Positions 11,139-24,436 are shown, counted from the first letter of the stretch. The stretch: DNA of 64,000 nucleotides from Phoronis australis (GCA_002633005.1 NMRA01000528.1:61432-125431), one strand, 5' to 3'. Numbers and translations are program-made. The notes: a model not told the origin generated them from the sequence alone.

Positions 11139-13987
11139 AACGAGAGCGCTCGGAGGAGCGATACTTGGCGGAATTACCGTAATCGTTCGGGTTAACGCCC
11201 ATGCTCAGTTAACCGCCCATCCCCGACTTTAAGTGGATTTTCGATTTAACCGCCCACTGCTCAGTTAAACACCCCCCTGCGATTTTTGAAGATTTCCAGT
11301 TAAGCGCCCACCTCTCGGTTAAGCACCCATCCCCAACTTTTAAAGAATGAAGATTTAGCGCCTAGTGCTAAGGAAACGCGCGATTCCCCGACTTTTAGAA
11401 AAAGATTGACGATCACAATGAGTGCTACGACGCCGGGACTCCGAGACGGTGGTTTAGCAATCTGAATCACAATACAGGTAAAGAGTTATTGTCTTGGGTC
11501 ATGAACTCACTTCAAAATACTTGAACCTTTTTGTCACTTTATTTTCTTCCCTTGTTTGCAAAAATTAAGAACGCCGCCGGCGTCAAAACCTCCGCTTTCA
11601 GCGACTTTGTCTGCCGCGCTGTGTTTCCGTCTGCAGTGCACTAGATAAAACATATATTCGAAAAAATCAGGCCAGAGAAATGTGACAATGGTTTTGCCAA
11701 CCCTCCAAATTCTATTAAGGTGGGAAGCTCTGGTATTTCGAACAAATCTCACAACTCACGGAAAGATGTCAAATTCTCAATATTTTGATGAATATAACTG
11801 CCGGATTATAGAGGATGTGGGGCGACAGAAGGGACAGTACAAGTGCCTTACTGGGTTACCGATTTCGTTGCTGCCTGTCGATTTCTGAATTCAAACGTTG
11901 GCAATAATGTATGTTTGTGTATGATCTTGAAGTAATAAAAAAATGGCTAGTCAAATTTTGTTTTTCGCTTATTGCATCTCAGTCAAACTGGTTAGCAGAT
12001 TTAACTAATGTCGCTGGCTGTTCTTTACTATTCTTGCGTCAGCCTGCACGTAAGCGTGACTGTGTGAATTATCGTTTCCACATCCCCGTTTTTAGCCATC
12101 CAGAGTAATTTTGTTTATACATTGGCCATTTTCGTCCTGAACAAAAATTCTAACCATTCGAGTCTGAAATATCTACGACGTAGAGTGCTTGACGATAGCG
12201 GGTAGGAGATTCACACAGCTAGTTACAGGGATGGGCTTAGGGAGCATCGAGCCGGGAAATATGGCAATAGACTTGACATCGCAGTATTGGGAAACATTGG
12301 CAACGGAGGAATATCGTAAAGAACTGGGTCTTTCGTAACAACAGCTTAAAAGCACATAGTCACGTCCGCTTTTGTTACTTCGGACTGTCGCTATGTTTGA
12401 CTGATTTGTAGTGGTGCACGTGCGCAAGTTCCCACACTTTGGAGTGCATGTTACCTTGACACCAACATNNNNNNNNNNNNNNNNNNNNNNNNNNNNNNNN
12501 NNNNNNNNNNNNNNNNNNNNNNNNNNNNNNNNNNNNNNNNNNNNNNNNACGATAAAGCTCTTTGAAAAGGGCTACGCGTTCCGAGTATGATTGTCGTGTC
12601 GGGATTTAGATCGCCAGGTAAGATTAACCGCCCAGGGCGGTTGTCTGTCGTAATAAGCGCCCATGTTCGGTTAACCGCCCATCCCCTACTTTAGGTGGAT
12701 TTTCGATTTAACCGCCCACTGCTCGGTTAACCGCCCTCCCCCGATTTTTTGGATTCGCCAATTTAACCGCCCAGGGCGTTAACCCGAACGATTACGGTAA
12801 TAGAAAAGACGACGATGGGGAGGACGACGACAATCATGACGATCAAGGCGGCAATTATGAATAACACGATAATATTCATCTGACTAGCAAAGAAATCAAA
12901 TAGGGAGCATACAATCAACTACAATAAAGAACAAAAGATGGCGCAACATGACGGACGAGCCATGCTTTGTTCCCACATTCCAAAATAGGCGACACTATGT
13001 GAGTCTGCTGAGCAACGTTATGTTTACAATAAGTGTTTGGCCTGAAATTCTACAGACTACACTAGGACAGTGCTGGCTGGGTCAGTCAAGGTCAACTAGG
13101 CATAACCAAAACAAAGTGAACTGAAAGCCAGCCAGCTGCGTACTTGCATAGGTGACCGAAGGAACTACGGTATCCGAAAATCTTGAATAATTCAAAAAGT
13201 AGAGGTTGTAGCGCAAAATGGAAAATATTTTCTGGAAGCCCGTTCCAAACTCTATCTAAAGTGATAGTTTGGCAAAAATCAAAAAATTATTCGAAAAAAA
13301 TGAAAATTTGCCGGGTTTTTTTGAAATTCAAAGTCAAATAACTCGAAAACGGTAAGTCTGAGAAATACGCTCTCGCAGACTTTTTGAAAGGCCATACTTA
13401 AAGGAATCCACATGCAAAAATTCACATCATTTGCTCTTCCCGTTAAATACGCAACAGCAGAACGATTGAAACTGTGTGAACATGGGCCACAGCCGCAATC
13501 TTGAAAGTGACTTCCGGTTCAATAAACTTTTATAAAAGCTTATGAAACTCAACAAACACGTGACCAGTTTGAAAGTGATTGGTTCACAAATGCGCCCTCT
13601 ACAGGAGAAAAGTTTTTTGGCCATATTTCAGGGTGCGCATGCGCCACTTCCAATATTTCCGCCATCTTTGACCGGAAGTCAATGATTTTCAGCACACTTG
13701 TTGCACTTGCGTTCTAGTATAATCCTACCGATTTTCAGCCATGTACGTCGGAAAATGCAGCCTCTACGAGCATTTGACTGTGAAATCGGATACAAAATGG
13801 CCGCCACATCCGCCATTTTGTATCCGATCATGACCAAAAACAATAGGCTTCCAGGACTTTCCGATCTACACCTCGTGTGCAAATTTCGTGAAAATCGGAT
13901 GAAAATTGCTACCTGTAGAGTGTGAAAAAATAAAAAAAAACTTGCTGTCAGACCAACATACTTGGCGGAAGAATTCCGCCAAGTAAT
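11139..13987. mobile_element. Helentron/HINE (DINE-1/pearl-like) non-autonomous element containing a nested MITE
   Basis: 5' hairpin CGCTC-GGAG-GAGCG then subterminal TACTTGGCGGAATT (11162-11175); 3' stem-loop TACTTGGCGGAA-GAA-TTCCGCCAAGTA (13959-13985) containing the inverted copy. Confidence 0.7.
11177..12797. mobile_element. Tc2/pogo-type (TcMar) non-autonomous element, copy 1 (spans gap)
   Basis: TIR CCGTAATCGTTCGGGTTAACGCCC at both ends, TA on each side, subterminal TTAACCGCCC repeats; reverse complement of 25411-27828. Confidence 0.88.
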
Positions 13988-14683
13988 GAATCATTTAAAG
14001 AGCAATTGGCAGACTTTTGACATCTTAACTTGCATATTTAAAACAAAGCAACCACTCATGGAATAGACATTTTATGCTCGCCATAGCAAGTATTTCAAAT
14101 CGTTACTAAAACGGCATATAGGCACTTTATAATATTGATACATACTCAACCAATTGACGCTAAGCATGAAGTCCAAAATCGGCTTCAACACTTTACCTTT
14201 GCTCAGAAAATATTTACTAAGCCTGTACAACAACCTTTTCAGGTATCCACGTAACAATCCAAAAGTTTATTGTATGGCATGTGACACAGTTATTGCACAG
14301 GAAAGGAAACAGAATCTGAGAACATTATGAGGCCATCGGCCTTTTGAAAATACTTACTGAGAGTAGCAACAACATAGATAACATCATAAACAATAATACA
14401 CTGGTGGTCTAATACATATCAGAATTTGTTTACTTTTGTAAATATTTGGCAACACATGAATGGCTAGCCTGGTTCAAATACATTACCAACTTGAGGTCAC
14501 GTAGGACCTTGTGTGTATGAATTTAGAAAACTACAAAACTACAGATTTTAACTGGGTAAAAGTATATACCATATGAAAGTAGAAAGCTTTTAACATGATT
14601 TTGGACTTTTTGCCAATCTTTCCTCAATTGGGCATTGAGGCCATGTATTTTAGGTAAAATTTAACAAAAAAGTACATTAACAG

Positions 14684-16460
14684 AACAAGAGCAACACGGA
14701 GCGTTGAAATGCGCCCACGAATGCATTGCAAACGGTTTGCTTTAAAGGTTGTTTATTTGTGTCATAAAAATGGCCACTGGATGGCACAAAAAGGTACAAT
14801 CCATCCGAAAATGGGAACATGTCATTGCATCTTTAATGGAAAGCTATACACCAACTTTCGTAGAAATACGTCACGGAACTTTAGAGAAACAAAGGAAAAC
14901 AGATCAAAATGAAATTGCCACTAGGGGGCACACGGCACACTGTTCATTGGATCCGCTTGAAAGTCATCGTTGTTGTTAGCTTCATATATACACATACTAA
15001 TTAAATTTAATACAGATCCTGCAGTGGGTTTAGGAGATATAGCTATGGGTGCAAAACGAAACAAAACAAAACTACAACTAGGAGGTGCCACAGTAGTCAA
15101 AGTTGTCATCGTCAACCGTCCTCTTCACACTGAGAACATATAACGCCAATTTGCAAAACCATCCTTCAAATGATTTGGTTGATAGAGGTTGGACGCCAAA
15201 AAACAGACTTGAAAACAATAAAAATGGCCACTAGGTAGCGCAAAATACCTTGATTCCAATCAAAAACGGGAGGATGGCGTCATCTCACCAATAGATGCCC
15301 GTATTCAAAGTTCTATGAATTGAGGACCTTTGAACATACAGAGGAAAACGTAAAACTAAAATTTCCACAAGGGGGCATACCAGTAGTCAGATCCATCCAC
15401 AAATCTTGACCGTCCATTGTCGACATCATATAAACACACTTGTTTAATTTAGTAAAGATCCTGCAAATGGTTTAGAAGATACAGCCATGAGCGCAAAAAC
15501 AAAATTGCCACTAGGAGGCGCCACAGTAGTCAAATTCATCAGAAATCATCGTCACCCGTCCACTTTATAGTAAAAACACGGATACCAATTTTCACAATTA
15601 TCCTGAAAGTGGTTTGGTTGATAGAGGGGTGGACACCAAAAAACAGACTCAAAACCAGTAAATATGGCCACTAGGTGGCGCAAACTACGTCGAATCCATC
15701 TGAAAATGGAAAGATAGCGTCAACTCACTAACTGTACACCACATTTTGTGAAAATACGTTGAGGACATTTGAAGATAAACGTAAAAAAAATAAAATTGCC
15801 AATAGGTGACACACCAGTAGTCAGATCTGTCGGAAAGTCGTCATCGTCTGTTGTCATCATCACATTAATGCACTTACTAAATTTATTAAAGATCCTGCAA
15901 ACGGCCTAGGAGATAGAGCCATAGGCGCAAAAAAACAAAACTACCACTGGGATACGCCACAGTAGTCGAAGCCTTCGGAAAATCATCGTCAACCGTCCTC
16001 TTCATAATAAGTACATGCCAATTTTCACAATCATGCTTAGAGCGGTTTGGTTGATAGAGGGGTGGACGCTAACAAACATACTCAAAACAGTAAAAATGGC
16101 CACTAGGTGGCGCAAACTACATGAAATCCATCGGAAAACAGGAGGACACCGTCGTTTCACTAATAGATGCCTATATTATTACCAAATTTTGTGAAAATAT
16201 GTTCAGGACATTTGAGGATACAGAGGTAAACGTAAAAAATTAAAATTGCCACTAGGGGGCACACTGGTAGTCGGATCCATCCGAAAGTTTGCTCATGCCA
16301 TCCCATCCATGAAAGGAACACAATTTGTGCAAAATTTCATGAACATACATCAATCGGTTTTGGAGATAGAGCAGCGGACGCCAGACGCACATAAATTAGC
16401 AAGTCCACTGACCGCAATACAAACACAAAACGTACCGAGAGTGGCGTAGAAGAAGTAATA
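14684..16460. mobile_element. HINE-like element carrying a higher-order tandem repeat (~440-bp unit made of three ~147-bp monomers)
   Basis: 5' end AACAAGAGCAACACGGAGCGTTGAAATGC (similar end at 59347); repeat units begin near 14912, 15358, 15792 and 16242. Confidence 0.7.
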
Positions 16461-19400
16461 AACCATGAGACATTATTCCGCGTATCGACAAGCACCGAAG
16501 GTCGAGGGCTTATTGTATGTGTACTGTTTGTTATGCCCAATTTTAGAGTTCAGTTTTAGCCAGTCAAGGGCTTTGACTTTGCATCAACTGATGATAGGAT
16601 AAACATTTTAAAACATCCGGATGATTGATCTGAAGGCTATTAATTGGCATCATTTTAAGGGTGTTTATCACAGGTTAATTTTTTCAATGCAGTTTTTAAA
16701 TCTTGAATTTTGTATTTTGGTCTTTGCCTACTACAAATCTGCAAAAACGTGGGGGTCACCCAATTAGTTTTTTTCCATTATGGGTGTGTGAACAGAGGCA
16801 CCTCTGACAAAAATTTGAAACTAACACAGGTTACTGATAAGCCATCTATAATCAAATCAATGCTGGCAATCCTTCTGAAAACAGTATCATTGCACGATGT
16901 CAGTTTTATATTTCAACGGCTTTGGTTGTAATTCCTGGTATATTTCAGGTAATTCCCATGATCATAAGACAAGAAAACGGCTTCAAGTGCGTCCAAGATA
17001 AATTAGCTGGCATTGTCCCATTGCATTGATTGACAAGATGCATGGCTTAGCCAATGAAGCCATACCTAGTGGCTAACTTTTAGGCCTTTTGTGTGTGGCA
17101 GTTGTGTAGGATATCTGATTTTCATTATGCTTGGTTACTGAATCACGTTGCATCATCACAAGATCTAATGCCTCTTGGCGCTTTCTGGGTTATGTATATT
17201 CATTGTATTCTGAAGATTTCGTAATAAACATTAAAAAAAAATCACAAGATCCCAGCACAAACAACAAAAGGTTGTATTGAATAGGGGTTTGAATAGAGCA
17301 CCATTGTGTGCGGGTGTTATTCCCAGCTGTTTGAATTAAAAGGTGATTCTCCTGGTGATGTAGACAAAAGCAAGCCAATAGGCCTAACAGTTCCTTACAT
17401 TTGACAATTCATAGCACTAGTGGGCTCAGAAGGAAGCTCTCAACATACTAAAGGAATCAAATTTTCATGGTTACCCTTGAAGATAGGCTTTAAATGGTGA
17501 CCCTTATTACTTAGTTTGGTGAGCTTGGTCAGTCTTCATATTTTGAACAAGCCTTTGGTTGAAAAACGTTACCATGGGTTACAAATTGGGTAGTGGAGTT
17601 GTTTTCATCTGAGAAGACTCATAAGATGTTCCTAATTTGTAAATATACTATAGAAGATTAGTGTATTTATTTTTAGTTCCCTGTGAATTGTACTGGATCG
17701 TGTAAGATTGATAATTATGGTGAACTTGCAGCTGTTGTCATGCGATTGGTTTGTAAAACATGCTGCGTTTTAGAGTATGACTCATGAGCACACGTAGCTG
17801 TTGATATATTTAAAAATAAATTTGTAGATTACACTGTGCTGTGTTCATTTAAAGGTATCTGTGCACCTAGTGGACTTATGGCTCAAGTAAAAAGTGATTA
17901 GTAGCTATGAATAGATGTGGTTTTGCTGTTTGACATCACAAATTAATGTTTTTACTTGTTTCGTAGATGAACTGGATGGTTTTTGACTATACACTTACAG
18001 CAGTTTCCATGTTTTTCGTTTCCTAATTGCAACTGTTGAATACTGCTGAATATGGGTTTGTTCAACCACTTAAATTAAAAGTTTATGTGTACGCGATTTG
18101 TCACATGATGAATCCTCAGCAGCATTTCATTGACACTCATTCAAGATGATGACAGGTAGCTGGTGAATCTAGGCCTAAAATATTTCCTAAATTTAGTCAC
18201 TTGAACATTTGCTGTATCGCCGATCAGCAAGTTTTTCACAAGTACGAAAGATCATATAAGACAAAACCTCGAACAACCCTGAAATTCAGCTTGTTGCTCG
18301 CAAATATACAGCGATGCTTATAATGGAAGCCAGGGTTATAGTAGAAGCCTTTTATGACATTGGCAGGTAGTGTTTATTAACATGTTTTTGTAAGTTGTAA
18401 ACACAAGTCCTTTGAAATATGGGGAAGACCTATTGCATTGATTTTCTGATGCTGTATGTATATGTCTTTCGTTACTTATAGGTTTAACGTAAAAGGCTTT
18501 TTGTTTGAAGTTACATGCATTTTATTTTTATTACAGAAATAAGCTACAGTGAATCATGACACAGTACTAGAGCTATTGTCAGTGTGTGGTTGCGTGGTTG
18601 CGGTATAGTGAAGGATCAAGTTAAACATTTCAACGTTTCAGTCATATAACAGTATAATAGCCTGCAAGGCAGGCACTAAAGTCGCGCCTCTAAGCCTCTC
18701 ATTTGCGGTATTCATTTGCTTTAATTGATGAGCGTCTATTTTTTGGCATTGCAATTTCTAAAGTTGAGGAATATTCATGGATTTTGCGAGGGGTAAGAGA
18801 AATGCTTAATCTATCAAACATTATGAAGAAGTAAACTCAGTCAATTTGTGTTAAGAGTACAATTAACAATGACAAGAATTATCACACCGTCACTTCTGAA
18901 GCAGAATGCGGAACGAAACCTTTTAGATAATATTCAGCATCCAAATCCAACTGTTTTCATGATGGTGGTATTGAAACTACTTTCAAATTACAGACTGTTT
19001 TCTCAGGACGAAATTGCTAAAATGTATTTAAGTGTTGTCTTCCACAATCTCTGACTAATCATACCACAAGGCTTTGAAAAAAAACAATGGTATTAATCCA
19101 AAATGGCAATACTTTTGCTTGATTGCACTAGTTGTATCGGGGGGGNNNNGGGTGGAATTCACAATAGTGTGAATGAGCCTCTATTGACGAACTCAACATC
19201 AATTGAAAATTGTAGTGTTTGGACCAAAGCTTCAAAAGAGTTTGTCAAGTTCACAGATTTTAAATGCGTCAAGTTTCATCACAAGTTAGACCTGTACTTA
19301 GACATAGAACTGTCACTCAATAGTGCGATGAGACAATTATAGCTCAATCAAGAACTTGGTTGTCGTTTCGTTAGTTACGCAATTTCAAGGGCATTCTGAA

Positions 19401-20674
19401 CCTGAAATTACTGCCACTTGCGTTCTCAAATTTAAATAAAGTGTTAGGGTATTTCGGTTTCTCAGGAACTGTAACCTGTAAGCATTAGCTTAAAATTAAA
19501 AATACTGAGCCAAGATCCCTTTCGGAACCAAAGAAACCGTTCATTGAGTAGAAAGTGTGCATCCGTTTCGTCCCTATCTCATGGACTTGATTCACCATAA
19601 GATGCAACCTGTGACATAAAAATAAAACAACAAAAACAGCACAGACATTATGAGCAAATTCCCCATACTGTTTGTATTGTTTTATTGTACGTCAGGGCGC
19701 GCACCGGGTGGTGAATCAAGTCCGCGAGATAAGGACGAAACGGCTACACACTTTCTACTCAAGGTATGGCTTCTTTGGTTCCAAAAGCATCCTTGTTCAA
19801 TATTTTTATCAATTAAATGGAACCCAGCAATATACATAGTATCAGCTTAAAAAATGGAAAATTGCGGTAGACAAGATTCTGTTTTAACACAAAAGAACAA
19901 TTTAGAGTCGACATTAGAAAGAGAAAATTCATTAGAACTCTACAAAAGTCTGGGGAACGACAGATTGCAGCAATGCACTAAAATTCGCTCGCCACCTGGA
20001 CGACCAGCCAATGATCTACTCGCCCAGTACCATTTTTAGTCGCCCCTGGTATATGAATGGGACGCATGCACTTTTGTTGAATAAGGCGCTCTTAAGTTGG
20101 CTACCAAATACCTGTACGTCAGTACAACACTCAAGCATGGCAGAGTCTCCCCTACACCGGCTCATCTAGCTACTTAGGCGTCACAGCTCTCGTCAAAAAG
20201 TGTTCGTTTACACTTCTACTTTGTTCTTTCGAATTGTGTAACTTGATCGACAGGTACAAATCACGCACCTGTTAGATTTTTAACCACAGCTTCTCGAAGG
20301 CATATGCGCTTTTGTGAACAACTTTAATCGCTATACCGCAGAGTGAAAATAAGTTGCCGCATTGTTACAAAAATGACTTAAGGTGAATCCTAAGTGAACA
20401 GAGTTTTCAGTACCTCAAAGATTACTAGTCAAGGGGATGCCTTCAGTTCATACACTAATATACAGAGTGGTTCGCGTAATTTGTTTTGCGTAATGATGTC
20501 ACTGCCAGTTTGCTTGGAATGTCGCTTTCTCAATCAGCAAAAGCATTAGCTTACAAATAACATCAGCTTTTAGTTAACCTGTGCACTCCATACACTAGAA
20601 CAAATGCGCAAAAAGCAAAAAACAGCAATCTCCTTCCAAACAGTTAACACATAGACCTGAGTATGCACATATCA

Positions 20675-20770
20675 GACTAGCTTCTTACTAGCTTCTGACT
20701 AGCTGCTGACTAGCTGCTGACTAGCTGCTGACTAGCTGCTGACTAGCTGCTGACTAGCTGCTGACTAGCT
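20675..20770. repeat. 11-bp minisatellite (GACTAGCTGCT)~8.7
   Basis: Directly visible tandem array; the first two units are slightly diverged. Confidence 0.95.
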
Positions 20771-21658
20771 ACAGCCTAGGCTGAAGACAATCCTATATTG
20801 TAGTGACTAATGCAATAGCTAGTACAGACACACATCGACCAATCATAATTTGTTGTTTGTCCGTGATGTCATAAGATGCTAATCTACAAGGTAGTGTATC
20901 CATAAAACCCAGTACTGATGAGCTGAAGCGACGGTATGAGGAGGTTTTTCATTCGCTTCCCATCTCTAATTTAATTGATCAACGGACGTATTACACACTG
21001 CAGACAGACATGAACAGCTATGCCAAGCTCAAGGAACCAATATGAAGTTAGACAAATAAATTACCATGGGAACAGAGTGAGTTAGTGGCTAATCACCAAT
21101 CACGGTGAGATCAAAATTGACCGCATTCCCCCAAAATGCTTTTTGCAAAGATCCATGCCTAAATATTAAATGAAAACTGGAATATTTTACAAATGCAGTT
21201 CCTTGAATATGTTTTAACTTTCTCTAGTGGAGAACCATTCGTTCACCCATTCATAGGGGTTTAGAACAAGTCTTTTTTAAAAACTAAAAAAAATTCAGAA
21301 CAAGTCCAAGTTCTCGACTATACGGTGCGCAATCAAAAATGACCGACAAAAAAATGACATTTTCAAAAACCAAGTAATTGTATTATGAATTGCTAGCAAA
21401 ACCATAAGTAATAAATATATTGAGATAAGAAGCAGAATATTGCCAAAAATACTCAACATCAAGAGTCTGCTGTAACCTTTCTGCACTTTTTTTGGAAAGC
21501 GAGAGACTGCAAATTTTCGCGAAGCCTTTGCGCACAATAGGGATTTTGATCAATGCACCAGACTCCAAAATCGGAGGCCCAGAGCGGCACAAAAGGGATA
21601 GAAAGATGAGAACATAGTAAGGAAGGAGTACACATGTTGACTGACAGTGTTTACTCAC

Positions 21659-21773
21659 GTTTCACATCGGGGTGGGTTAGAATCAGGGTGGTGGCCATAT
21701 CTTTCTTCACCATGCGCAGTTCTTTGGCCACATGGCAGGCCGTCAGGGGGTTATCTCCCGTGATCATTACACA
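21659..21773 (-). CDS. ATP13A1: P5A-ATPase exon 15 (last exon found; P-domain TGDN motif)
   Basis: cag|[38 protein letters not shown]|gtgagt; phase 0 in, phase 1 out. Confidence 0.93.
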
Positions 21774-22304
21774 CTGAAACAGAATAGGAGCGTGTGAGGA
21801 CAGATGCACAGCTCATAACTAACCAGACTATGAGAGGTGGGAGAAACCAGACTTATCCAAAGGTCCAAGCACATGAACTAGCACTAGAACAACCTCACCA
21901 TGTACTTAGTCCCTGTTAAGGTTAATATTATGTAAGACATAGAAAATCGTCTGAAGTTGACAACTTCAAAACACTCTCTCTCAGTATTCACTAAACAGAG
22001 TGGCTTCACGTGCTACTCTCCAAAAGGCTGTTAGGAACAGTTGTTAAAGTGTTCTCCTTTTGCATGAGGGGTTATAAATAATAAATAATAAGACTAATGC
22101 AGTATGAATTTTCAGAATACACTTAAAAACAAAATAATCTGGAGAGATTTCACCTTTGAACACATTATATCAAATGTGTAACGCCAGCAACTTTTTCTGA
22201 AGTCATAAGTGCTCAGCAAAACTGGGCAGTGATGACCTACAAGAGATTCAAAAAACACCCAAATATCAACTTTGACCAGCAAAGTTGAACTCTGACATAC
22301 TTAC

Positions 22305-22430
22305 ATGGTGTGAACTCAGCTGAACCTCCTTGACGACTGCCTTGGAGTCGGATTTGAGTGGACAGGAAATGATAACGAACCCAACAAACTTCAGGTGGCA
22401 CTCTACCTCGTCTCGAGTCATGTCACGAAC
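22305..22430 (-). CDS. ATP13A1: P5A-ATPase exon 14
   Basis: tag|VRDMTRDEVECHLKFVGFVIISCPLKSDSKAVVKEVQLSSHH|gtaagt. Confidence 0.93.
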
Positions 22431-22561
22431 CTAACAATCATGGAACTTAAATGTTCAAAAACTCTAGTGTAAAATTTCTTAATTCAATAATAGAAATCGT
22501 GTTGCAATCAACATAATCCAGAACACATTTAAGGCAAAAATGCTAAAACTGACATTTTCCA

Positions 22562-22620
22562 ACGAGAAATTTACTGTTTTGTTCGCTGTATTGCAGCGAA
22601 CAAAACAGTAAATTTCTCGT
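22562..22620. repeat. Perfect 27-bp inverted repeat with a 5-nt spacer
   Basis: ACGAGAAATTTACTGTTTTGTTCGCTG-TATTG-CAGCGAACAAAACAGTAAATTTCTCGT. Confidence 0.95.
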
Positions 22621-23618
22621 ACTTATTTTTACCAAAGTCTTACAAGAAATAGAATACCAACTTTTCTGCCACATAAAACACATTTGCTAATAATACTTAG
22701 AGTTCTTTTCATCACCTAGATCACACAAATAACAACTACAGACAAGTTCCAGGAAGCTTCAATGAAAACCACTAAACAAGTTTGACTGCTGCAGGACTGC
22801 TGCTAGACATTTCACATGCCCGCCACCTGGTGTGCTAAATATGTAACGAATCACCATACCTACAGCAGTTGATATTGCAAGCAATAACACATCAGAACTG
22901 CTGTGACCTCAGTTTTCTCACCAGCTTTTCTATACGATTGCACATGCACATGGGTTCAGTTAATGGCAAATTTATTCATTTCATATAAATTGTTGATTTA
23001 ATGCTTTTTAAAGTTACCCATTACCCTTGAAAACCATGCTGAAAATAAGCCCCAGTTTAGCATTGCTTTAGTTGTACATTTTATCTTTACTAAATAAGGC
23101 ATTTTATTATTTATTGTTATAATCATTATCCTTATTATAATAATTATCATCATGATTACTGAACACACCAACAGTAGAAAAACATTTAACTCTAGTTGTC
23201 ACTTGACCTATGAAAAGATCCGTTGCCTTGCGAAAACTCACGTGACACCCGACAAACAAACAATAAGTTTTACCCAAAAACGTGTTAACTGTCGGGTAAA
23301 ATGGCGGCTTGGAAACGAAAGTGCGTTAACAATGCTGTGTTCTCACTGGTCAGTTAAGCTGTCACTTGAAATCTTGGCGATAGGTCGATTAAAGACACAA
23401 CTAACACCAGCAACAATCCACCATGAAAGCGTACAACAATCCATTAAGTCCTAACACACAAGGATGACCCATCAACTCCATCTGACGGTCATTTAAGGTA
23501 GAACCAGTTTATTCCCGGGCACACTGTCATTGGTGCACAGAACAACAATGAACTGCCCCTTCTTCCCAAGCTCGAGAGTAAGCAAATCCAAAATATCAAG
23601 CATCCTCCAGTCCTCGCT

Positions 23619-24184
23619 GGTTCCCTGCGTGTCGCTAGGTGGGGTGGTAGCTGCGCTTGCACGCAGGTATCACTTAATTTTCCTCAGGAAATTTTTTCAC
23701 ACCGGCGATTCTGATTGGCTAGTCGAATTCTCAACAGGCAGCGCTTTACGCAAACAAACTGGCATGACAGATGGACTGAAGTGTCTGTTGGGCAGACAAA
23801 TCGGTGTTTAAATTTTATGTTCAGGAAATGTGAATCCTAGAAATTGTGGTTGCGCCTTTTCGGAGTGCATCTTTCTACTGTCTATGACTTTTGTTTATGA
23901 TACTGTCCTGTATTCACACAGTATGAATAACACACCGTTAAATCGGCCAGATATGTGTTTATTGTACATGTACGTGCTTCAAGCCCGCGGCTATTAAACA
24001 TCACTGCACAAACGAAAAAGTTGCTGCGATGCCACTTGCATGACAAGGCTAAAAATCGTTCACAGCCCGCCATTTTTTCACGGTGTTGCAAACCTAACCA
24101 ATTACTACTGAGGTTATATCAACCAATGCTAAAGCGCGTGCCACTGTGTGATACCTGCGTGCTGGCTAGGCACGTAGGGAACCT
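23619..24184. mobile_element. Probable MITE with imperfect inverted ends
   Basis: GGTTCCCTGCGTG...GCACGCAGGTATCAC mirrored by GTGATACCTGCGTGC...CACGTAGGGAACC; exact ends and TSD not resolved. Confidence 0.5.
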
Positions 24185-24325
24185 GCAAGCATCCAGTCTT
24201 GCCTACTGGCTAAACCTACAGCAGTGTAACCGGACTCCCACCCCAGGACCTGTAATAAATTGAGAATACCAACGCGTCAAGCCCAGCAAGAGGAACGGGT
24301 GAGACACTTGTATTTGAAGACCCAC

Positions 24326-24436
24326 CTGCTGATGGGTGCGGTACCCCAACTCCTTGTACCCCAGGGCCAGCACCCTAGCACCCCGTCGTGCCATGGTAAG
24401 GTACACTTCGTCGTAAAAGTCCGGCACCTGTTGGAA
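24326..24436 (-). CDS. ATP13A1: P5A-ATPase exon 13
   Basis: cag|FQQVPDFYDEVYLTMARRGARVLALGYKELGYRTHQQ|gtgggt. Confidence 0.93.

Noticed and set aside
11534-12427. ORFs conserved between 11534-12427 and 26573-27466 as a duplicated gene
   Set aside because: The identity simply reflects two recent copies of the MITE; there are no recognisable motifs and no ATG starts
14774-16262. Regularly spaced repeats as a CRISPR array
   Set aside because: The context is eukaryotic, the spacers are themselves homologous repeats, and there are no cas genes
16500-19100. UTR-like AT-rich tract suggesting a plus-strand gene
   Set aside because: No coding exons or consistent splice chain could be assembled
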